Source: Opitutales bacterium
Lineage (GTDB): Bacteria > Verrucomicrobiota > Verrucomicrobiia > Opitutales > UBA2987
DNA: 64,000 bases
Direction: 5' to 3'
NCBI GenBank assembly: GCA_965226885.1
Contig: CBDDEL010000015.1
Location: 416,001-480,000 of the forward strand
Made by a program: the position numbers and the translations under genes. The stretch's first letter is position 1; each line of letters opens with the position of its first letter. Under the pieces are notes generated by a model. It was not told the DNA's origin. It did no database searches and was given only the letters and a program-made list of their open reading frames with translations. Shown piece after piece: positions 53,949 through 64,000 of this stretch.

Positions 53949-54047
53949 AATTGTCAAGCCTATGGTTTGATTTTGTCAATAAAAAATAGCGTCGAAAATA
54001 AGATTTGACTCACTCTTAATGTTTAAACCGGCCAGGTTGCCCCTGTT

Positions 54048-55133
54048 TTGATCGTGAACTATGTTCCCAAATACCAGATAATCTACGACGACTTGCTGCG
54101 GAAGGTCGATAAAATGACCCCCGGGGAGCGTCTACCCAGCGTGCGCCAGTTAAGGGCCGACTACAACGTCAGCCAATCCACCATCGAACGCAGCCTCGAT
54201 AAAATGGAACGCAAAGGGCTGGTCCGGCGCCGGCGCGGCAGCGGTGTATATGTCGAAGGATGGGACTCCAACAACAACGTGATATGCGTTTTTGCCGATA
54301 TCGAAATATCCGACCCGACCAACAGCCTGTTCTTGAGCGGCGTGCGCAAGGTAGCCGAACAGAAAGGCTTTCAAGTGGCCGACTTTGGACCCAAGAACTT
54401 TTTTAGAATCCGCAGAGACATCTTACCCACCCTGACCGGTCAAAAATTTGCCGGCATCATCACCCGGCACTCGGGCATGGACACCTTTCTACTCGATAAC
54501 GACCGCCATTGGATGGAACGATTGAAAGCCGTAAGACTGCCCCTGGTCACCTGCCGGCCCACCCCCGCGGTGCAAGTCGACTCAGTCACCCCCGATTACT
54601 TCGCCTCCTTTCAACAAGTGGGAGAACATTTGCGCAAGCAGACCGCAGGGCCCATCTACTTCCTCGGAAACACCACCGTACCCTCCTTTGCCCGCTTACA
54701 AGGACTCGAAGTAGGATTAGGGGGAAAAGACCGGCTCATAGTAGATATAACCCATGGCAACAACCGGGATTTTCTGGCCAAACTGAACCAATTCAAAAAA
54801 CGCAAAATCAGCGGGCACCTGATCATCGGCGTGCCCCTGGAAGATTCCGGATTTTACGATGTCTTTCAAGGAACCACCTGGGGCCGCGACCCCAGCAAGC
54901 AATTTGTCATGCTCCTGCACGACAACCAAAGTATACCCCAAGGCGTAACCGCCAACACAATCGTAAAACCCAGCTTCGGCATGGGAATGATGGCAGCCCG
55001 CCTAATGATCCGCAGAATCCACGGCTACCGAGGAGAAATCATCCACGAAACAGTCAAACACAAGGTCATTTTGAATGCAAATCATCCCAGGAGCTCCGGC
55101 AAGATTTTGATTCCGGCACCCACACCGGTTTGA
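54048..55133 (+). CDS. GntR-family regulator with LacI/AraR-like sensor domain
   Basis: PKYQ.I...L...PGERLPSVRQL...YNVSQSTI...G.VRRRRGSGVYV winged HTH, followed by a periplasmic-binding-protein-like domain. Confidence 0.85.
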   Translation: MIVNYVPKYQIIYDDLLRKVDKMTPGERLPSVRQLRADYNVSQSTIERSLDKMERKGLVRRRRGSGVYVEGWDSNNNVICVFADIEISDPTNSLFLSGVRKVAEQKGFQVADFGPKNFFRIRRDILPTLTGQKFAGIITRHSGMDTFLLDNDRHWMERLKAVRLPLVTCRPTPAVQVDSVTPDYFASFQQVGEHLRKQTAGPIYFLGNTTVPSFARLQGLEVGLGGKDRLIVDITHGNNRDFLAKLNQFKKRKISGHLIIGVPLEDSGFYDVFQGTTWGRDPSKQFVMLLHDNQSIPQGVTANTIVKPSFGMGMMAARLMIRRIHGYRGEIIHETVKHKVILNANHPRSSGKILIPAPTPV

Positions 55134-55154
55134 ATTAAGACTCCCGCTTCCGAC

Positions 55155-56633
55155 TTAAATTTCCTTTGTCCTTCTTTGGAAATTGGGCGCCCCACCCCAA
55201 TCTGTGGCCAGGACGGTGGCGTCAAAACTTTTTTTCATAAGAGTAAGCTTCAATTCCTGGTGCGCCGGGTCGTCCCATAAATTGTTGAATTCGCCCGCAT
55301 CCTCCTCTAGATCGTACAATTCTCCCAAATCGTAACCGTGGTAAACGACAAGCTTGTAACGTTCGGTGCGTAACATCGTCCCGTAGCCCGGGTTGCCTTC
55401 CCGGTTGTTATTGGATTCTGCGTCGTAGCTTTCGCAACGGGCGAATTCCCTGAATCGATGCGGATCGGCCTGACCGAACAGGATGGGGCCCAGGGAGCGC
55501 CCCTGCATGTGCTCAGGGGTAGGTAATCCAGCTAGATCGAGCAGCGTTGGGGCGATATCGATCAACTCCACCAGACCTGAGGCTTTGGTTCCCGATTTAA
55601 AGCGCTTCGGCCAACTGAAAACCAGAGGCACACGGACCCCTCCTTCATAAAAACGGCAGCCCTTATAGATCAATCCATGGTCTCCCAGCATTTCTCCATG
55701 ATCGGAGGTAAAAATTACCACCGTATTTTCAAGCTGACCTGTATCCACCAGAATACGCATGATTTCACCAATTTGATCATCTATTTGGGTAATCAAAGCG
55801 TAATAGTGAGCTTTTAAAGCGCCGGCGTCCTTGCGACCGCCCAGATAATTTTCGGTCTGGCCCTTTCGAGTGCCGATTTCCAATTCATGAGGAGGTTTGG
55901 CTTTACGTTGAAACGGAATCAAGTCCAGTTTTTCCTGTTCTTGAAGGTCCGAAGGGCGATACAAAGGCGGCGGCATGGCGTCGGGATCGTAACGGCCCAT
56001 ATATTCTCGGGCCGGATTGAAGGGAGGGTGGGGATAAAAGAAATTCACACTGGCGAACCAAGGACCTTGGTGTTTCCTCTCTATGAAATCCCTCGTCTTT
56101 TCACCGCACCAGGTGGTATGGTGGTATTTAGCCGGAAAACCGTCGGGGTCACACAACAATGCGCTTAAATCTCCGCCTTTGGCCTCCACCCAATCCGCAT
56201 AATCATGACCTTGGGTAATCGGGTAATGGGGCTGATGCCAGTGCGGGGCATGGCTGTAATGCCAGTAGGAATAACCGTCATCCGTTCTCTTTTCCACGCC
56301 ATTGCCGACCTTGTCGAGGTGTAATTTTCCGATTAAACCGCAATCATATCCTCCATCCTGGAAAAGTTTGGATACTATGGGCACCGCGCTGGGAAACCCC
56401 TCCACTCCATTGCCATTTATATGCAGTGTGCCGGGATAAAGACTGGTCATGAAACTGGCCCTGCTGGGCTGGCAAATCGGGTTTTGACAATAGGTCCGCG
56501 TAAAGGCCACTCCCTGCTCTACCAAACGATCCAAATTCGGCGTGATGATATTTGGATTACCCAAGGCGCCGATCGTGTCATAACGCTGCTGGTCGGTGCA
56601 AATCCACAAGATATTAGGCTGCTCTTCAGGCAT
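55155..56633 (-). CDS. Formylglycine-dependent sulfatase
   Basis: PNILWICTDQ, CQPSRAS (CxPxR), GKLH, PHPP and FTSDHG motifs. Confidence 0.93.
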   Translation of the reverse strand: MPEEQPNILWICTDQQRYDTIGALGNPNIITPNLDRLVEQGVAFTRTYCQNPICQPSRASFMTSLYPGTLHINGNGVEGFPSAVPIVSKLFQDGGYDCGLIGKLHLDKVGNGVEKRTDDGYSYWHYSHAPHWHQPHYPITQGHDYADWVEAKGGDLSALLCDPDGFPAKYHHTTWCGEKTRDFIERKHQGPWFASVNFFYPHPPFNPAREYMGRYDPDAMPPPLYRPSDLQEQEKLDLIPFQRKAKPPHELEIGTRKGQTENYLGGRKDAGALKAHYYALITQIDDQIGEIMRILVDTGQLENTVVIFTSDHGEMLGDHGLIYKGCRFYEGGVRVPLVFSWPKRFKSGTKASGLVELIDIAPTLLDLAGLPTPEHMQGRSLGPILFGQADPHRFREFARCESYDAESNNNREGNPGYGTMLRTERYKLVVYHGYDLGELYDLEEDAGEFNNLWDDPAHQELKLTLMKKSFDATVLATDWGGAPNFQRRTKEI

Positions 56634-56844
56634 GGAATTACTAAAATTAAAGAATTTTCATAACACGTTGATTATGGACGATTAACCGCATACTTTATCG
56701 TCACGGTGTAAATAGATTTTATCATCTTCGGTTCCGAGTCAATGGCAAGGAGTATTGCCACTCCCAAGAACATCGCTTGTGCTGGGCAGGGTAAATCGAT
56801 CTGCATCAGGAGCGTATCGTCGATAACACTACGCTTGACTAGTA

Positions 56845-57976
56845 ATACCAAATCGCAAAAGGATTGATAAAGATTAAAAAACAGCTATAAAGGCGGAATG
56901 AGAAGATATATGGGAACCGATGAAGACCGTGAACGTATCAAGAAATTGCTCAACAAAGAGGCTATCGGCTGGCGTAAAGAGCGTTTGGTGGCATTAAAAA
57001 TGGGCTTCCAGCCGCACCACAGCATTGATGAAATTGGAGCCATCGTGGGCCGAGGCAAAGCGACGATCCAGCGTTGGTTTGACAAATATCGTGCTGCAGG
57101 GCTCGGGGCGGTGCTTACACGCGCCTACAAAGGCGGGATCAAAAGCCGTTGCGACAAAGAGGTGGAGGCCTTCTTGCTCAATGGTTTGAAGGTCGCGCGC
57201 TGGAACACAGCCGTTCAGGCGGGGCAAGAGCTGGAGCGACATTTCGGGCGCTCCTTCGCCTACAAGACGGTGTGGCGATGGCTAAAAAAATGCGCCGGGG
57301 TGCTTCGAGTCCCTCGCCCCGTGCATGAGAAACGGGACTCGGCAAAAGCGGAAGCGTTCAAGCGAGACTTTTTTAAGATCCTCCAGGAGCTTTCCCTCAC
57401 CCGAGGCAATCGGGTTCGGGTGTGGTTTGCCGATGAAAGCCGTTTTGGTTTGCTTCCGGTGTACCGCCGGTGCTGGACGCAAAGAGGGCTTCGGCCGCAC
57501 AAAAAATATCAGACAAGATACCAGTGGAGCTACTGTTACGGAGCCCTCGACGTGGTCAACGGCGAGATGGTATGCATCCAAACCCCTAGCACGAATCTAC
57601 AGTGGACGGAGGCTTTCCTCCAACAGATCAAAAAGCAATATCCTGAGGAGGAACATGTGGTTGTATGGGACGGGGCAGGCTTCCATCCGCACGACTCGGA
57701 GCACCCCAACGTCCCCCCGGGCATACATATCGTGAATTTGCCGCCGTATAGTCCTGAACTCAACCCGATTGAAAGACTTTGGGATATGATACAGGATCAA
57801 ACGGCCAACAAACTGTGGCCGAGCATTGAGCGACTCGAAGAAGTCGTCGCAACCCATCTCAAAGACTGGTGGGAGGACACTGAAAAAGTCCTCTCTTTAG
57901 TTGGCGGAGGCTGGCAGCACATTCAAGCAAACGCTTCTGCCAAATAACTTATTATCATACCTAATGAGATTTGGTA
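56845..57976 (+). mobile_element. IS630-family element (transposase 56898-57947)
   Basis: IRs TACCAAATC/GATTTGGTA, TA target duplication; FADESRFG, WDGAGFH and LPPYSPELNPIE motifs. Confidence 0.93.
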
Positions 57977-59519
57977 TAAGTTTCTCCAGCAGCGCTGTAT
58001 CGATGTATTTTTTTACCGTTCGCCGATCCAGTTTCAATTGCCTTGCGGTCTCTTCGTAATTGCGGGTTTGGGCGTATATTTTGGTCGCGTGTCGGCGAAG
58101 AAGCTGATCAGCGGTCAAGTTGGTATTTTCAGGGTTTAGGGCAACTTCCCCACTCTCATTTCTCGCTTTGTAATCCAGGTTTTGAGGTTGGTAATCCTTG
58201 TGTATCAGTATATTGCGGACACATTGCTCAAGCTCGCGAAAGTTGCCCGGCCAGTGATACCCAGGGGGCAGTTCTTTATCAATCCATGTAATTACTTCCT
58301 CGGTTAATTGATCCGCTTCGTCCACCCCTGCAATTTTTTCCGCTATAAATCGAACCAGGTAATGATATTCATTGGGATCTTCGGCGAGAATTTCTCTCAA
58401 ACCCGAAGTTCTAATGTTGTCGGCGCAAAGCCGGTAGTAAAAATCCTCTCGAAAAGTCCCGTTCCTGATTTCCGTGACTAAATTACGGTTGGTGGCGGCA
58501 AGAATTTTCCCCTGGAAACACCTGGGTTCTGTGTCGCCAAGCCGCTGAAAACTTCGAGTTTGTAGGGTGCGGAGCAGTTTTACCTGAATTTTAGAATCTA
58601 CGTCTCCGATTTCATCAAGGAAGACCGTTCCATAGGGGCCGCATTTTTCGAAGTAGCCTTCGCGGTCCTGCATGGCGCCCGTAAAGGAGCCTTTACTATG
58701 GCCGAACAATTCTGACTCGATCAGGGTTGGCGAAAGCGCTGTCAGGTTCAAGGGGTAATAAGCGTTGATGAAGTCCTCCTCGAACCTTTGCTTGCTTTCG
58801 TTAAATGGGATAAATCGAGAGAGTCCAATGCCTTGGGCGACCAGTTCTTTACCCGAACCCGAAGGACCTGTAATTAATGTAATGATATCCCCCATACGAT
58901 TGGAAAGGGACCGGAAATAACGAGCGATGTCATGAGTGAAGGTCGATTGCCAGACCCGTGCTCGCAGATCTCTGGTGGCTGCAGAGGTACCGATAATATA
59001 GTGGAATATGTGATAAAAAGCTCGTCTAACCTGAAAGCCGTAAGCGAAATATTGGCTATACGAAAATGTCGCCGGAGGATAATCCCCAGTAGGTCGCAGA
59101 AAACTATCTAATTCCTGCTTAAAACGCTCGTAAAATTCAATTCGCCCGCTGGCATGTCCCTTCCGGTATGCACGTTCTATGAACTGAAGAAATTCCTTTC
59201 GGAAACGATAATAGATATAAAATAAAGCGAAATCCTGATATAGTTGGTGCTGCCGTGCCGGAGCAGACCGCGCCTTCCGAAAATTTTCCCGGCACCGCAT
59301 CGCCGTCTCCTCCAGCTTGCGGAGAAGAAGAGGGACATTTGGATCTTTCGGGTATTCCGTGGGACCCAGATTCCAAGGATCCTGGGTCGGGCTGTAAGCC
59401 GAACCAAGAGCCAGTTTTTCCAACTCAATCCTCTTTTCCAAAAAAGGATTGCAATAAAATAGCTGCGATACCGCTTCGACAAAAGGCAGGTCGTCCGGAG
59501 ATGTGATTACTTGCGACAT
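57897..59519 (-). CDS. Sigma54-dependent transcriptional activator (last codons replaced by IS630 read-through)
   Basis: GPSGSGKE, ESELFGH.KGSFTGA, FLDEIG, WPGNFREL and a C-terminal HTH. Start taken at MSQVIT. Confidence 0.9.
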   Translation of the reverse strand: MSQVITSPDDLPFVEAVSQLFYCNPFLEKRIELEKLALGSAYSPTQDPWNLGPTEYPKDPNVPLLLRKLEETAMRCRENFRKARSAPARQHQLYQDFALFYIYYRFRKEFLQFIERAYRKGHASGRIEFYERFKQELDSFLRPTGDYPPATFSYSQYFAYGFQVRRAFYHIFHYIIGTSAATRDLRARVWQSTFTHDIARYFRSLSNRMGDIITLITGPSGSGKELVAQGIGLSRFIPFNESKQRFEEDFINAYYPLNLTALSPTLIESELFGHSKGSFTGAMQDREGYFEKCGPYGTVFLDEIGDVDSKIQVKLLRTLQTRSFQRLGDTEPRCFQGKILAATNRNLVTEIRNGTFREDFYYRLCADNIRTSGLREILAEDPNEYHYLVRFIAEKIAGVDEADQLTEEVITWIDKELPPGYHWPGNFRELEQCVRNILIHKDYQPQNLDYKARNESGEVALNPENTNLTADQLLRRHATKIYAQTRNYEETARQLKLDRRTVKKYIDTALLEKLIPNLIRYDNKLFGRSVCLNVLPASAN

Positions 59520-59805
59520 AGGGAGAGACAATTTATCTCTGTGCTGGCCTACTGCATGACTCCGGCAAAAAGGAGGTAATTTTCCCGGTGATTGGAAAGA
59601 CTGAAGCAATGCCCTGGAAGATTTCCCACATGGCTCTTTAGAAATGTTTAAATTAGTTACCTTCTGATAAAACGATTTCATGGTAATTAATTTAAACTCT
59701 TTGGCAATTATATCTCGTTTCCGTCTGGAATCAGCTCCCAGTTAAGAAATGAGCACTGGAAAAGGAAAGACAGGCGCCTGCCGTTATAGTCGCAAAAAAT
59801 GGCAT

Positions 59806-62800
59806 TCACTTCAATAAACCGGGCAAGGCCAGGGTTAAGATGAGGACATAAGTTATGAGGAGAACCCCGGCCAGAAGCACCAATAGCATTGGGATGACTG
59901 ACCGGTAAACATAAGGGAGCGATTTCTTGAAGCGCATGGCCGATAAAAACAGATTCATGCCCACGGGTGGTGTCAGATAACCAAGCTCGAGATTGGCCAG
60001 AAAAATGATTCCGAGGTGTATCGGGTCGACCCCAAAGGCCAGCCCCATGGGGATAATCAAAGGCACGACCACTATGATAGCCGAATAGCCGAGTATATGT
60101 CCATGAGGCAGCCCACCAGCAGGAGAAAGAGGTTCAGGACGAGCAAAAACACCCAGCGGGACTCGATTGTCTGGCTCACCCATTCAACCGCGCGATCTGG
60201 AAATTGCTCAGTGATCAGGTAATTATTGAAGCCCATGGCCACCCCAAGAATAAGAAGCACCCCGCCCACCAACAGGCCGCACTCGGTCATTACGCGCGGG
60301 ATGTCGCCAAATAATTTAAGATCCCGGTAAATAAAAGTTTCCACCATAAAGGCATAGAATGCGGTAACGGCAGCCGCCTCCACTGGGGTGGCGAATCCAC
60401 CGAATAGCGCCGTGAGGGCAACGACTGGCAAAAGCAACTCCCATTTTGCCGCCCAAATCGCTCGATTTGCGACTTTCAAATCGAATGGAGGAAGCTCCTC
60501 CTTATTGCTTATTGAGGGAGCCCGGAGCACTCCCCAACAGGCCAGCAGACCGACAAGCAGGATTCCCGGGCCGATTCCTCCCAGAAATATCTCTTTAATG
60601 GTAATGCTGGCCCCGATTGAGGTGGCCACGATGGCGTAGAGGATGAGGGGAAGGCAGGGTGGAAAGAGCAACCCTAGGGATCCGGCTGCGGTGAGGAGCC
60701 CAAGAGAGTCCTTTTCGCTATATCGAGCGGAAATAAGAACCGGCATGAGGAGTCCCCCCAGGGCCAGAATGGTTACCCCTGAAGCGCCCGTAAAGGTGGT
60801 GAAAAACGCGCAGACCAGGACGGTGGCGATGGCCGGACCCCCTTTGATTCTCCCTACCAGGGCTTGGAATACACTGATGAGGCGTTGCGAGGCGCCTCCC
60901 TCGGCCAGGAAATAACCTGCCAGGGTGAATAACGGAATGGCCGCCAGAGAAGGATTCACAACCATGCGGTAATGATCGATGGCGATTGAGGCTATGGGGT
61001 ATTGCCGTCCCCAAAATAAAATCAGGGCGGCTCCGCCCAAGGCTGAAAAAATAGGGGCGCCCAGGACAACGGCGATGATCAAGAGCCCCAAGGCCGGTGC
61101 AGTTAGCCCGGATATTTCATGAAGGGTAAAGTTTGGCTCGTTATTGCTATTGGAGATGGATTTCTTTGTATTTTGAGCAGATCGTCTTGATTTTTAGGTG
61201 TTTTTCAGGGTGTAGAGACACTGCCCCCTTTCCCCCATTGGTTCGGTAGTGCCGGGGGCAGCACCAATGCACCCTTTAGGTTGGCACCAATCGGCGGGCC
61301 GCATGGTTGAAAAGACTGGCCCAAGGATAACTCTCACTTAGGTGAAAGTGAATCGTTCGGGTGTTGCGCACGATGACCGCTCCGATCTTGATTAATTTGA
61401 GCCGCAGGGTGTGGCATTGGGCCCGCGCCCACTTCGTCCCTTTTAAGGCTAACCGGCGCATGGCTTCCATCAAGGTGTAGGCCAGCGCCGACAAGAGCAA
61501 TCGCCACTGATTGGCCCACCATTGATGGGCGCTGGTGCGCTCGCTGAACAATTGCATCTGTTCCTTGATTCGGTTCTCCATTTCACCGCGGCCACAGTAT
61601 ACCTTGTCGTAAAGCTCCTGGGGATCGCCCGGCAGGTTCGTCACCACGAAGCGCGGGTTGGACCCCTGTGCGGTGTGTTCGGCTTTATGGATGACCAACC
61701 GCAGCCATCGCCACGAATCGGCAGCATAGACGAAGTCCTGGAATAACCGTTGTTTTTTACCCCTTAGTTCGAACCATTCTTTGGCCTGCTTTTGCAACTG
61801 CTGGGCGTCTTGCTGCAAGCGTGCATTGCGAGCCATCCCCACGATGTAACTAACTTCGTTGCGGTCGCACCAAGAGAGTATCCGGGCTCGACAAAATCCA
61901 CTGTCGGCGCGCCAAATAATCCGCGTACGGGGCCAGCTTTGGCGAATCCGTTTAACCAGCAATTTGAGGATGGCCCCGGCATGCTTGCTGGCATCGATCT
62001 TGCTCGGCCGCAGGTAGGCCACCAGCAGCTGATCACCGCAAAAAACATATAGCGGCAGAAAACAGTAATGATCATAATAACCGTGGAAAAAACGTCCCTC
62101 CTGGAGCCCGTGCACCGGATTGTCGGTGGCGTCAAAGTCCAGGATGATCTCTTCGGGTTCCTCGGCAAAGGAGCCCATGAACTGTTCGACCAACAGCTCG
62201 TTTACCGCAAAGGCCGCCCGCCGATCCTGCCCGTTTTCAAAACGACACAAAGTCGGCGCGCTGGCCAACGTTTCAATGCGCCCCGTTACCGTTTGCAACA
62301 ATGGATCGTGGCGCAGGGTATCAAAGTCGTTTAAATCCTCATAGCCCGCCACCAGCCCGTAAACGCGCTGCCGCAGCATCCCCAATACCTCATGGCGTAC
62401 TTTGCCCTTCTGCCGTTTGTCCACTAACTGTCGGGCCGCTCGTTCGGTCAAGCCCAACTGCCGATCCACTTCCCGGATCAAAAGCAGTCCGGCATCCGAA
62501 GTAACCTCTCCGCCCTTGAAATCAACCCGCACACGGCGGCCTTTTACCCTTGTCAACTGTAGCTTTAATTGTTTACCTTTTGTCATCGCTGATATTGCTT
62601 TAATTATTGATCTATCCTGCTGTATATCAGCAGTTAAGCATATCAACGATACTTTTTTTACGAAATATCCGGGTTAGCGCTTCCGTGGCAATCGGCGGAT
62701 ATAGCCCGATTGCCACCCATAGGCCGCTCAGGCACAAGGTGAGGAAACGCCCTTTCCAGGCGTCTGCACTATGGCGAAACAGCCGCCAGGCTATTGCCGT

Positions 62801-63202
62801 GAAGCCAAGAGGCATGACCAGTTGCACCACCCACACGGGGATTTCGTAGGCGAGGATCTTGCCCGCTTCCCGGGAAGTGCCGACATACAGGAATCCCGCC
62901 ACGACCAAACCAATGCTCATGGCAATGGCAAAAGATGAGCCGCCAATTGAGGCTGCCGTTTTCCACCGGCCTTTAAGAAAGGTTTTTAAGGTGGACATGG
63001 CGAGGAGGCGATCCTCTCTTGCCGCAATGGCCCCGCCGAGCATGGCCGCAACCAGCACCAAATGTTGAACCATCGCGGTGACGCCGGAAATACTTGTGTG
63101 GAATAGTTTCCTCAGGACGATCTCGGCCAAGGGCAAGCTAACCATCAAGGCAAGAGCAAGGGTAACCAGCAGATTCTCACCCTGGTGCAGAATCCTGCTC
63201 AA
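59806..63202 (-). pseudogene. Fused TRAP transporter small/large permease (DctQ-DctM), disrupted
   Basis: LAAIPLF, GSLGLLFPP, ATPVEAA and GYLTPPVG motifs. Split by IS1380 at 61107-62673 and by an 8-bp duplication at 60077-60092. Confidence 0.9.
61107..62673 (-). mobile_element. IS1380-family element, copy 4 (1567 bp, intact transposase ORF 61276-62646)
   Basis: IRs CCCGGATATTTC; TSD TTAG. Confidence 0.95.
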
Positions 63203-63249
63203 CCTCGGAGAGCCTTATTTCTCAGCATCCTGCGGCTTGGTTTCAGCCT

Positions 63250-64000
63250 TCATTGGGTTAAAAGGATTCTGCTCTGCCGGTATTCTTTTAACTGGCGCTG
63301 GACTTCGTCGAACATCTCGGCGGGAACGATATTTCCGCGAACATAATCGTAAACTTTCTCCGCCTCTTGCCGCCACAGGGTTTCCACCTCGACCGAGACC
63401 GGCTGAACTTTCATTCCCCATTTATTTTGCATGGCTAGCACCGACTCAACGCTTTCCCGACGACCAGCCGATTTGATTTCCCGTCCGGCCACTCGAGCGG
63501 ATTTCACCATTTCCATGCGTATGGGAAAGGGTATTTCCTCCCAAGCTTTTTGAGTGATTACGAGCGCGCCTATGAGGGGCGCCCATTTGAGCTCAAGCAT
63601 GTTCGGGGCGGGCATATAAACTTGGGTGGCCAGGGCTATGGCGGGAGGCATGGGGGCGGCGTTGATAAGGCCGGTTTGCATGCTGGTAAGAATATCGTTG
63701 GCTTCCAGCGGCACCACGGTAAATCCAGCTGCCCTGAAAGTGTCGGACGTGGCCGTATTTCCAATCCAGGTGAAAAGCTTTGTTTTCCGCACATCATCCG
63801 GCGTAATTACAGGATTCTTGGTAAGGAAGCGTACCCAGCCCATATCCGCCCAAAATAGTGCAATGAAGCCTTTTTCCCGCATTCTTTTTTCCAGCATGGG
63901 GCGCAGTTTTTCGCTCACGTAATCGACCTCGTCGAGGTTTCGAAACATCATGGGCATAAACTGCAGGCCCGATACCGACGGCTCGATCTCACTGAGGCCG
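63250..64000 (-). CDS. dctP: TRAP transporter substrate-binding protein DctP (5'-partial)
   Basis: PMMF....E.DYV, GW, P..TPDD....K and SMQTGLINA motifs; lies directly upstream of dctQM. Confidence 0.8.
   Translation of the reverse strand, partial: GLSEIEPSVSGLQFMPMMFRNLDEVDYVSEKLRPMLEKRMREKGFIALFWADMGWVRFLTKNPVITPDDVRKTKLFTWIGNTATSDTFRAAGFTVVPLEANDILTSMQTGLINAAPMPPAIALATQVYMPAPNMLELKWAPLIGALVITQKAWEEIPFPIRMEMVKSARVAGREIKSAGRRESVESVLAMQNKWGMKVQPVSVEVETLWRQEAEKVYDYVRGNIVPAEMFDEVQRQLKEYRQSRILLTQ

Noticed and set aside
1..64000. CRISPR array, rRNA or tRNA genes
   Set aside because: No regularly spaced repeat-spacer pattern and no RNA-gene-like sequence was recognised; the repeats are IS copies or two-unit duplications.

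Overview
A 64-kb bacterial accessory region undergoing insertion-sequence (IS) expansion and gene decay. It holds 17 IS copies of 7 distinct elements (IS5/ISNCY-like x3, two different IS3 elements x2 and x1, IS1380 x4, IS1 x5, IS21 x1, IS630 x1), about 23 kb or roughly 36% of the window, several of them nested. There is also a ~385-bp MITE-like element with 36-bp inverted ends. Host genes are mostly catabolic or secreted: four paralogous FG-GAP/VCBS-like 'YWG'-repeat proteins (three complete at ~950 aa with 14 blades, one 5'-partial), hydrolases, enolase-superfamily enzymes, a sialidase-like protein, PhoD, a sulfatase, a TonB-dependent receptor, GntR and sigma54 regulators, and a TRAP transporter. 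Many smaller genes are pseudogenes. Two signals stand out. (1) About 15 perfect or near-perfect 2-21-bp tandem duplications, mostly with no junction microhomology, outnumber deletions among IS copies and cause several of the frameshifts. (2) The intact double-propeller paralogs share a conserved His cluster, suggesting a secreted metallo-enzyme family rather than simple adhesins. Protein calls come from motif recognition only; no database search was run.
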